From Rectinemataceae bacterium (lineage in GTDB: Bacteria; Spirochaetota; Spirochaetia; Treponematales; Rectinemataceae), in NCBI GenBank assembly GCA_036567645.1, contig DATCUA010000306.1, positions 1-30,489 on the forward strand: DNA of 30,489 bases, given 5' to 3'. Below the pieces are notes generated by a model, which made no database searches, had not been told where the DNA came from, and saw nothing but the letters and a program-made list of their open reading frames with translations. Position numbers and translations under genes: made by a program. Of this stretch, positions 15,772-23,213 are shown one piece after another. How positions within the stretch are numbered: the first letter of the stretch is position 1; each line of letters starts with the position of its first letter.

Positions 15772-17078
15772 GGCCGACAAGACAGCGGTCGGATCCCACG
15801 GAAACGGCGGCAGGCTCGATAGCCATCGTCGATATTGGCGAACTCGCGACCCCGATAGGGAAAGGGGCGCTCCGGGGAGCCGAGATGGGCAGGCTCAGGC
15901 GGGTCCGCGGCGCCGCCCTCGTCGCGCAGGCCGGCAGGATAATCTACGCCGGCCCTCAAGACACAGCAGAATGCAAGGCCGCCCTCGATGCAGCAAAAGC
16001 CCTGGGAGCCCCCATCCTCGACGCGGACGGCGCCGCCTGCGTCCCTGGATTCGTCGATTCCCACACCCATTTCCTCTTCGCCGGCTATCGCGCCGACGAG
16101 TTCTTCTGGCGGGCGAAAGGCCTTTCCTACATGGAAATCCACCACCGGGGCGGGGGCATTCGCCGCACCATGGAAGCCACGCGCTTAGCCAGCGCATCGG
16201 AATTGCTCGCCCTGGGACGCGCGAGGCTCGATTCCATGCTCGCCATGGGCGTCACGACCGTCGAGGGCAAATCTGGCTATGGCCTGAACAGGGATACTGA
16301 GATCCGGCAGCTCGAAGTGATGAGGGAGCTGGATTCCCTCTCGCCTGTCGACATCGTGTCCACCTTCATGGGGCCCCACTCCACCCCGCCCGAGTTCGAG
16401 GGAAGACCTTCCGCCTACATCGACTACCTCATCGGCGAGGTATTGCCGGAGGTGGCGAGGCTCAGGCTCGCGCGCTACGCCGACATATTCTGCGAAAAGG
16501 GCGTCTTCGGCATAGATGACTCGCGGCGCTACCTCGAAGCCGCCCGGAGCCTGGGCTTCGGCCTCAAGATCCACGCTGACGAGATTGAGCCCCTTGGAGG
16601 GGCAGGACTTGCCGCTGAGTTTGGAGCGGCTAGTGCGGAGCACCTTCTCAAGGCATCGAAAGCCGATCTGGCGGCCATGGCAGAGGCGGGAGTGCTGGCT
16701 GTCTGCCTTCCTCTCACGGCCTTCAACCTCAGGGAGCCCTATGCCGACGCCCGGTCTATGATCGATCTCGGGCTCGCGGTGGCCCTCGCCTCCGATCTCA
16801 ACCCGGGTTCCTGCCCCAGCCAGTCCATCCCCCTCATTTTCGCGCTGGGCGTCCTCTATATGGGCCTTAGTTTCGACGAATGCCTCTCCGCCCTCACCCT
16901 CAACGGGGCGGCGGCCCTCGGGCTCGCCGGCGACCGGGGCTCCCTGGAGTCAGGAAAACGCGCCGACCTGATCATACTGGACGCGCCCGAAGCCTCGCAC
17001 CTGGCCTATCGCTCGGGTATGGATCTCGTGCGAACCGTCGTCAAGGACGGAATCGTCGCTTTTAGTTCAGCCTCTTAA
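15768..17078 (+). CDS. hutI: Imidazolonepropionase
   Basis: PGFVDSHTH, GVTTVEGKSGYGL, DIFCEKGVF, KIHADEI, SAEHLL, ASDLNPGSCP and GKRADL. ATG 15768 overlaps the PEPCK stop (ATGA); the ORF-track extension from 15519 lies inside PEPCK. Confidence 0.93.
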   Translation: MRPTRQRSDPTETAAGSIAIVDIGELATPIGKGALRGAEMGRLRRVRGAALVAQAGRIIYAGPQDTAECKAALDAAKALGAPILDADGAACVPGFVDSHTHFLFAGYRADEFFWRAKGLSYMEIHHRGGGIRRTMEATRLASASELLALGRARLDSMLAMGVTTVEGKSGYGLNRDTEIRQLEVMRELDSLSPVDIVSTFMGPHSTPPEFEGRPSAYIDYLIGEVLPEVARLRLARYADIFCEKGVFGIDDSRRYLEAARSLGFGLKIHADEIEPLGGAGLAAEFGAASAEHLLKASKADLAAMAEAGVLAVCLPLTAFNLREPYADARSMIDLGLAVALASDLNPGSCPSQSIPLIFALGVLYMGLSFDECLSALTLNGAAALGLAGDRGSLESGKRADLIILDAPEASHLAYRSGMDLVRTVVKDGIVAFSSAS

Positions 17079-17995
17079 ACGCCGGCTTTCGGGCGCCCCG
17101 GCCCTTTCTCCGGTAGATTCCGCGTGGAAACGTAGATGACGACGGCGCCCAGGACTCCCGCGAAGGCGACGAGGAGGGCCGCAGTCGGCCTTTCTCCGAA
17201 GACCGCCATGCCCAGGATCAGCTGGCCCGTCGGGGAAACGTACTGGATGAATCCCATCTTCTGGAGGCTAATGGTGTTGGCCGCCGCCGCGAAGAGGATG
17301 AGGGGAATGGCCGTCACGGCACCGGAAAGCACGAGCAGCGCGGTTTGGGCAGGGCTTCCACGCAAGAAGGCTCCCGCCCCTGCGGCATGTCGGATAAAAA
17401 GGAAGGCCAAGGCCAGGGGAGCAGAAACCAGGGTTTCCACGGACAGGCCCAGGAGGGGCTCCACGGCCAGCCGCTTTTTAACAGCCCCGTACGCGGCGAA
17501 GGTGATGGCCAGAAGGAGGCTGATCCAGGGTACAGATCCATAGAACGCCGCGGCTCCCAGGATTCCCGCCGCCGCGAGGGCAACGGCCGCCCTGGTCCAC
17601 GCGTCCACTCTTTCTCGGAAGAAGACAGCACCAAAGGCTACGGAGAGCAAGGGGTTGATATAATACCCCAGGGCGGATTCCATCACCCTTCCAGAATTGA
17701 CTGCCCAGATGTAGAGACCCCAGTTCGAGGTGGCCAGGAGCGAAGCGAAGACGACCCAACCGATTTTCTTCGCGTTCCTGAAGAGGGCCCAGGCTTCACC
17801 GAGCCTGCGCGAAAGGGTCATGAGGATGAAACAGAACGCCGCCGCCCAGACTATCCGGTGGCTCAAGACCTGGAGGGATTCCACTGTCTTGAGCTGTTTC
17901 CAGTAGAGGGGGAATACTCCCCACATCGCGTACGCCCCGAAAGCGGCGGCGGTTCCCCATCCCCCGTTCTTTCGTCTCATGCCATCTAGCCACAT
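17075..17995 (-). CDS. rarD: RarD-type EamA family transporter
   Basis: AYAMWGVFPLYWKQL, NWGLYIWAVN, ALGYYINPL and GFIQYVSPTGQ are RarD motifs. Start could be 17995 or 17980. Confidence 0.92.
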   Translation of the reverse strand: MWLDGMRRKNGGWGTAAAFGAYAMWGVFPLYWKQLKTVESLQVLSHRIVWAAAFCFILMTLSRRLGEAWALFRNAKKIGWVVFASLLATSNWGLYIWAVNSGRVMESALGYYINPLLSVAFGAVFFRERVDAWTRAAVALAAAGILGAAAFYGSVPWISLLLAITFAAYGAVKKRLAVEPLLGLSVETLVSAPLALAFLFIRHAAGAGAFLRGSPAQTALLVLSGAVTAIPLILFAAAANTISLQKMGFIQYVSPTGQLILGMAVFGERPTAALLVAFAGVLGAVVIYVSTRNLPEKGPGRPKAGV

Positions 17996-18002
17996 GGCGG
18001 AG

Positions 18003-18032
18003 ATACTACTCTCGATCAGGGATGAGAGTCGA
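18003..18032 (-). promoter_or_regulatory. Putative proximal (leaderless layout) promoter of rarD
   Basis: Minus strand TCGACT, 18-nt spacer, TAGTAT, 7 nt, then ATG 17995. Confidence 0.45.
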
Positions 18033-18171
18033 GGCAGAAAGTTGGGCTGGGGCGAAACAATGGGAAAGCCTGAAGGAAGAGAGTTTCACGAAAATCGATA
18101 TAATATGCACCAATTGAGAAAATATTGAATAAATACGTAACTGGTTTCAAATATCGAAACATATTTATTGA

Positions 18172-18205
18172 TTTTTGAAACGTGATTGTATCATGGTTTC
18201 AAAAA
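18172..18205. promoter_or_regulatory. Inverted repeat, candidate operator
   Basis: TTTTTGAAAC-N14-GTTTCAAAAA, perfect 10-bp arms; a related GTTTC-N7-GAAAC lies at 18144-18160. Confidence 0.55.
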
Positions 18206-18213
18206 ACTGTCAA
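18185..18213 (-). promoter_or_regulatory. Near-consensus sigma70 promoter facing rarD
   Basis: Minus strand TTGACA-gttttttgaaaccatga(17)-TACAAT, with extended -10 TG. Confidence 0.7.
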
Positions 18214-18318
18214 TTTTTTTTAGGCCATTCTTGACTTGCTCATTCAAGTAGGTTTCTATCAATAAGTACTTAGGTTTGATACCGGCCTTTCAGGGCTGGC
18301 CAAAGTCAAGGAGGACTT

Positions 18319-19434
18319 ATGAAGAAACTCGCGCTCGTCCTGGTGCTCGCCATCGCCGCGGTATCGCTGGCCGCCGCACAGGACATCAAGCTCGGCGGCG
18401 TAGGCCCCGTCACGGGCGACGCCGCCACCTTCGGCGTTTCCACGAAGAACGGCATGACCATGGCGGTCGAGGAATGGAACGCCAAGGGCGGCGTGCTCGG
18501 CAAGAAAATCAAGCTCATCTTCGAAGACGACAAGGGAGACCCCGCCGAGGGCGCCACCGTCTATACGAAGCTCATCCAGCAGGATCAGGTAGCGGCAATC
18601 GTCGGCACGGTCATGTCCAAGGTAACCCTGGCCGGTGCCCCCATAGCCCAGGCCGCGGGCGTGCCCATGATCAGCCCCACCTCCACGAACGAAAAGGTGA
18701 CCCTCGTCGGCGACTACATCTACCGCGCATGCTTCATCGATCCCTTCCAGGGCACGGTGGGCGCCAACTTCGCCTTCAAGGATCTCAAGGCTAAAAAGGC
18801 CGCTGTCCTCTTCGATATCGGCAACGATTACACCAAGGGGCTCGCCGAAAATTTCAAGGCCACCTTCGAAAAGCTCGTCAAGGGCGGCGTCGTGGCCTAC
18901 GAAGGACACCCGTCCGGCGCCCTGGACTTCAAGGCCCAGCTCACCAAGATCCTCGCGGCCAAGCCCGATGTCCTCTACGTCCCCGACTACTACAATGACG
19001 TCGGCCTCATCGCCAAGCAGGCTCGGGAACTCGGCTTCAAGGGCCCGATGGTCGGCGGCGACGGCTGGGATTCCCCCGACCTCGTCAAGATCGGCGGCAC
19101 GGCGGTCGAGAACGGCTTCTTCACCAACCACTACTCCTCGGCCGACACCAGGCCCATAGTAAAGGACTTTGTGAAGAAGTACACCGCCAAGTTCGGCGCG
19201 GAGCCCGACGCCCTCGCAGCCCTCGCCTACGACGCCACCTACATCATGCTCGACGCGATCAAGCGCGCCGGCTCCACCAAGGGCGCGGCCATTCGCGACG
19301 CCCTGAAGGCTACCAAGCTCGATGTCGTCTCCGGCAAGGTGACCTTCGACGCCAACCGCAACCCGATCAAGGCGGCCGTCATCATCGAGATGAAGGACGG
19401 CAAACAGGTCTACAAGACCACTGTCAATCCCTGA
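18319..19434 (+). CDS. LIV-type (HAAT) ABC transporter substrate-binding protein (LivJ/LivK-like)
   Basis: Signal peptide MKKLALVLVLAIAAVSLAAA; PVTGDAATFG, DDKGDPAEG, MISPTST, YRACFIDPFQG, GGDGWD; SD AGGAGG. Confidence 0.93.
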   Translation: MKKLALVLVLAIAAVSLAAAQDIKLGGVGPVTGDAATFGVSTKNGMTMAVEEWNAKGGVLGKKIKLIFEDDKGDPAEGATVYTKLIQQDQVAAIVGTVMSKVTLAGAPIAQAAGVPMISPTSTNEKVTLVGDYIYRACFIDPFQGTVGANFAFKDLKAKKAAVLFDIGNDYTKGLAENFKATFEKLVKGGVVAYEGHPSGALDFKAQLTKILAAKPDVLYVPDYYNDVGLIAKQARELGFKGPMVGGDGWDSPDLVKIGGTAVENGFFTNHYSSADTRPIVKDFVKKYTAKFGAEPDALAALAYDATYIMLDAIKRAGSTKGAAIRDALKATKLDVVSGKVTFDANRNPIKAAVIIEMKDGKQVYKTTVNP

Positions 19435-19436
19435 TA

Positions 19437-19564
19437 GGAACTGAGCGAGATCCCGGGCTCGAACCCGGGGTTTCGCGTTCCATCTGCGGCCGCTCTTCGC
19501 CTGAAAGGCCGAAGGGCGGCCGTTCCATGCCGGAACATGCCACCGCGGCGCCTGCCCGGGCGCC
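19437..19564 (+). other. Tandem intergenic RNA hairpins between the binding-protein gene and livH
   Basis: Stem-loops at 19437-19481, 19486-19523, 19522-19536 and 19547-19564; no U-tract. Confidence 0.6.
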
Positions 19565-19596
19565 CATCCCGAGCCTCAAAGAAGGGCGGACATAGA

Positions 19597-20517
19597 ATGA
19601 TGAAATTCCTGAGCCTCATTTCACCCCAGCAGATAGTGAACGGCCTCCAGGTCGGCTCCATCTACGCTCTCATAGCCTTGGGCTACACCATGGTGTACGG
19701 CATCGTGCGCCTGATCAACTTCGCCCATGGCGATTTCTTCATGCTGGGGGCATACGCTGCCTACGGCGTGTTCTTCGCGTTCAACGCCCTCCTGGTCGGG
19801 AAGACGGGCATCATGGCCTTCCTGGTCCTCGTCGCTTCCATGTCGGCGGGAGGAGCCGTTGCCCTCCTCGCCAATAGGCTCGCCTACAAGCCCCTGCGCT
19901 ACAAGCCGAAACTCTCCTCCCTCATAACGGCTATCGGCGTATCGATGTTCCTCGAGTATTTCTTCTCGGCTCTGCCCGCCGTGGGCCCCTCGTACCGGGC
20001 ATTCCCCGAGATACTGCCCCGTGTGGACATACGCCTGGGGAGCGCCACCATATCGAACTACGTCATCATCGACATCCTCGTAGCCGCAGTCCTGATGATC
20101 GGGCTCACCTTGCTCGTGCGCAAGACTACCCTGGGCAAGGCCATGCGTGCCGTTTCCCAGGACAAAGACGCTGCCCGGCTCATGGGCATAGACATTGAGA
20201 AGGTAATCGCCTTCACCTTCCTGATCGGAGGCTCCTTCGCCGGGGCGGCCGGCTTGCTCGCGGGCATGACCTACCCGCGCATCTTTCCCTACATGGGTAT
20301 ACAGCCAGGCTTGAAAGCCTTCATTGCCGCTGTCCTGGGCGGTATAGGAAACATTCCCGGGGCGGTTCTCGGCGCCTATATCATGGGCATAGCCGAAACC
20401 CTCGCCTCGGCCTACAACTCCCTCATAGGCGAGGGCATAGCCTTCGCCATCCTCATCCTCGTCCTCTTGATAAGGCCCCGCGGCCTCCTCGGCGAAAAGT
20501 TCGCCGACAAGATATAG
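19597..20517 (+). CDS. livH: LIV-type ABC transporter permease LivH
   Basis: NGLQVGSIYALIALGYTMVYGIVRLINFAHG, GKAMRAVSQD and AAVLGGIG. Start at 19597 or 19600. Confidence 0.94.
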   Translation: MMKFLSLISPQQIVNGLQVGSIYALIALGYTMVYGIVRLINFAHGDFFMLGAYAAYGVFFAFNALLVGKTGIMAFLVLVASMSAGGAVALLANRLAYKPLRYKPKLSSLITAIGVSMFLEYFFSALPAVGPSYRAFPEILPRVDIRLGSATISNYVIIDILVAAVLMIGLTLLVRKTTLGKAMRAVSQDKDAARLMGIDIEKVIAFTFLIGGSFAGAAGLLAGMTYPRIFPYMGIQPGLKAFIAAVLGGIGNIPGAVLGAYIMGIAETLASAYNSLIGEGIAFAILILVLLIRPRGLLGEKFADKI

Positions 20518-20526
20518 GAGGCAGCC

Positions 20527-21522
20527 ATGGCGAAGAAACTCAAACTGCCCAAGCTACTCATCGCGGCGGCAGTACTGTATGGCCTGATCGAGCTCCTCTT
20601 CAGGCTCGAGATCCTCAATGGCTATTATATCCACATCATCAACCAGTCCCTCATCTACGTCATCCTGGCCGTGAGCCTCAATCTCATCAACGGCATCACG
20701 GGCCAGTTCTCCCTGGGGCACATGGCATTCGCGGGCGTGGGAGCCTACGCCTCGGGTACCATAACGACAATCGTCCTCAAGCTCAATCCGAGTTCGCCCA
20801 ACGGCATGCTCATATTCTTGCTGGCCATACTGGCAGGCGGAATCATCGCCGCCCTCGTGGGTTTTCTCATCGGCTTTCCCTCCCTGCGCCTCAAGGGCGA
20901 CTATCTCGCCATAGTCACCCTGGGCTTCGGGGAGATAATCAGGACGATCTTCAACAACATAGACGCGGTCGGCGGACCGCGCGGGCTATTGGGAATTCCC
21001 AAGTTCTCCAATTTCACGGTCATATTCATCGCCGCCTTTCTCACCATCGTGATCATCCGCAACCTCATACAGTCATCCCATGGCAGGGCCATGCTCTCCA
21101 TACGCGAGAACGAGCTGGCTTCGGAGCTGGTGGGCGTTGACACGACGCGCTACAAGGTCCTCGCCTTCATGGTGGGTGCCTTCTTCGCCGGGATAGCCGG
21201 GGGCTTGTTCGCCCACCTCCTCCAGCTCGCCCATCCCACTCAGTACAACTTCCTCAAGTCGGTGGAGGTGCTCATCATGATCTACGCGGGCGGCGTAGGC
21301 TCCTTGACCGGGTCGACGATAGCGGCCTTCGCCCTCACCTTCCTCTCCGAGGGCCTTCGGCTGGGCATCCGGGCCCTCGCCGACGCCACGGGCCTCCCCA
21401 TAGGCGGCGAGTGGCGAATGGTGGTATACGCCCTCCTCCTCATTTTCATCATGCTTTTCAGGACGGAAGGCCTCATGGGCACCAAGGAATCCCGCCTCGT
21501 GCGCCTCGAGGAGGTAGACTGA
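20527..21522 (+). CDS. livM: LIV-type ABC transporter permease LivM
   Basis: SLNLINGITGQFSLGH, RLKGDYLAIVTLGFGE and IRENELASELVG. Confidence 0.94.
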   Translation: MAKKLKLPKLLIAAAVLYGLIELLFRLEILNGYYIHIINQSLIYVILAVSLNLINGITGQFSLGHMAFAGVGAYASGTITTIVLKLNPSSPNGMLIFLLAILAGGIIAALVGFLIGFPSLRLKGDYLAIVTLGFGEIIRTIFNNIDAVGGPRGLLGIPKFSNFTVIFIAAFLTIVIIRNLIQSSHGRAMLSIRENELASELVGVDTTRYKVLAFMVGAFFAGIAGGLFAHLLQLAHPTQYNFLKSVEVLIMIYAGGVGSLTGSTIAAFALTFLSEGLRLGIRALADATGLPIGGEWRMVVYALLLIFIMLFRTEGLMGTKESRLVRLEEVD

Positions 21523-22292
21523 TGTCCGCTCTGCTGCGTATCGAGGGCATGACCCACTTCTTCGGCGGCCTCAAGGCTGTTTCCGATTTCAACTACGAGA
21601 TACCCAAGGGCGTGATTTACGGCCTCATCGGGCCGAACGGCTCGGGCAAAACCACAACCTTCAACCTCATAACGGGCATCTATAATCCCACCAAGGGCAA
21701 GGTATTCTTCGAGGACAAGGACATAACGGGGGCCAAGCCCTACAAGATCGTCCAGGCCGGCATAGCCCGCACCTTCCAGAACCTGAGGATATTCTCCAAC
21801 CTCACGGCCTTGGACAACATCAAGATAGCCAAGCATTTCGCCTCCAAATCGAGCCTGGCCTCCTCCATCCTGCGTCTGCCTTCCTACATGAAAGAAGAGC
21901 GGGCCATCGCGGACGAATCCAAGGCCCTCCTCGATCTCATGCATCTCCTTCCCCGGGCCAAGGAGCAGGCCAAGAACCTGCCATACGGAGAGCTGAGGCG
22001 CCTGGAGATAGCCCGCGCCCTTGCCACCAAGCCCCGCCTTCTCCTCTTGGACGAGCCGGCCGCTGGCATGAACCCCAAGGAAGTGGATGAACTCATGAAC
22101 CTGATCACGAGGATCAGAAAGGAATTCGGCGTCACCGTCTTCCTCATCGAGCACCACATGCAGGTGGTGATGGGGATCTGCGAGTACATCAAGGTTATCG
22201 ATTTCGGCGAGACCATCGCCGAGGGAATTCCAGAGGCCGTGGCCAAGGACCCCAAGGTCCTCGAAGCCTATCTAGGGAAGAGGGGGGCCTGA
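21522..22292 (+). CDS. livG: LIV-type ABC transporter ATP-binding protein LivG
   Basis: Walker A GPNGSGKTT, ARTFQN, LPYGELRRLEIARAL, LLLDEPAAG; start overlaps the livM stop (TGATG). Confidence 0.95.
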   Translation: MSALLRIEGMTHFFGGLKAVSDFNYEIPKGVIYGLIGPNGSGKTTTFNLITGIYNPTKGKVFFEDKDITGAKPYKIVQAGIARTFQNLRIFSNLTALDNIKIAKHFASKSSLASSILRLPSYMKEERAIADESKALLDLMHLLPRAKEQAKNLPYGELRRLEIARALATKPRLLLLDEPAAGMNPKEVDELMNLITRIRKEFGVTVFLIEHHMQVVMGICEYIKVIDFGETIAEGIPEAVAKDPKVLEAYLGKRGA

Positions 22293-22996
22293 TGCTGAGC
22301 GTCAAGAATCTCAAGGTGAGCTACGGCAAGATCGAGGCAATCAAGGACGTCTCCTTCGAGGTGCCCGACGGCAAGATCGTTACTCTCATCGGCGCGAACG
22401 GGGCGGGCAAGACGACAACCCTGCGCGCCATCTCCGGCCTGGAGAAATGCGCAGGCGGATCCATCATTCTCGACGGCCAGGAGATTTCGAATATCGAAGC
22501 CCACAAGCTCGTGCCCAGGGGCATCAGCCACGTGCCCGAGGGCAGGAAGATCTTCCCCACCCTGACGGTTCGGGAAAACCTAGAGCTCGCGGGCTGGACC
22601 ATCAAGGATAAGAAGGAAATGAAGCGGAGGATGGACGACGTCTTCGAGATCTTCCCCCGCATCAAGGAGAGGGCAAACCAGCTCGGAGGAACCCTTTCAG
22701 GCGGGGAACAGCAGATGCTCGCCGTGGGCAGGGCCATTGTCACCGGGGGGAAGCTCCTCTTGCTCGACGAGCCATCCATGGGCCTGGCCCCCGTTCTCGT
22801 GGACGAGATATTCGCCCAGATCCACCAGATCAATAAGCGCGGAACCACCATCCTCCTCGTGGAGCAGAATGCGGCCGAAGCTCTGGACATAGCGGATTTC
22901 GCTTATGTGCTCGAGGTCGGATACACCACGATCAGTGGCACTGCCAAGGAGATCGCGGCCGATCCCAGGGTGAGGGCGGCGTACTTGGGTGTGTGA
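22292..22996 (+). CDS. livF: LIV-type ABC transporter ATP-binding protein LivF
   Basis: GANGAGKTT, LSGGEQQMLAVGRA, LLLDEPSMGLAP and LLVEQNA. Confidence 0.95.
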   Translation: MLSVKNLKVSYGKIEAIKDVSFEVPDGKIVTLIGANGAGKTTTLRAISGLEKCAGGSIILDGQEISNIEAHKLVPRGISHVPEGRKIFPTLTVRENLELAGWTIKDKKEMKRRMDDVFEIFPRIKERANQLGGTLSGGEQQMLAVGRAIVTGGKLLLLDEPSMGLAPVLVDEIFAQIHQINKRGTTILLVEQNAAEALDIADFAYVLEVGYTTISGTAKEIAADPRVRAAYLGV

Positions 22997-23011
22997 TAGC
23001 AGATCGCGAGG

Positions 23012-23203
23012 AGATCAGGGGGACGGGATACCAGGATCTGCAGGATAGACGGAATGGCCCCTGGGGGTCAGCACCAAGCAAGAATGGCAGGTACAAGCGG
23101 TTCCCTCGCTAAAAAGAAAGGGCTTCCAGCCTTGCTGGAAGCCCTTTTCACATTTCCGGATCATGTGGATCCAGGAAATCGTGGTATCCTGTCCCCCTAG
23201 TCT
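23012..23203. repeat. Pair of 35-bp imperfect inverted repeats flanking the terminator
   Basis: 23012-23046 versus the reverse complement of 23169-23203: 28 of 35 positions match by manual alignment. Confidence 0.6.
23111..23148. terminator. Bidirectional intrinsic terminator between the liv operon and the alpha operon
   Basis: Perfect 14-bp stem AAAGGGCTTCCAGC-CTT-GCTGGAAGCCCTTT (23117-23147) with T-rich tails on both strands. Confidence 0.88.
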
Positions 23204-23213
23204 ATCGAGGGGC

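Noticed and set aside
18082-18096. CodY-box-like AGTTTCACGAAAATC upstream of the liv operon
   Set aside because: Only 10 of 15 positions match AATTTTCWGAAAATT in AT-rich DNA, and CodY is not expected in the inferred lineage.
19451-19469. tRNA T-arm-like GGGTTCGAGCCC on the minus strand
   Set aside because: The stem has a G-G mismatch in tRNA register and there is no acceptor stem, D-arm, anticodon arm or CCA. It is part of an intergenic hairpin.
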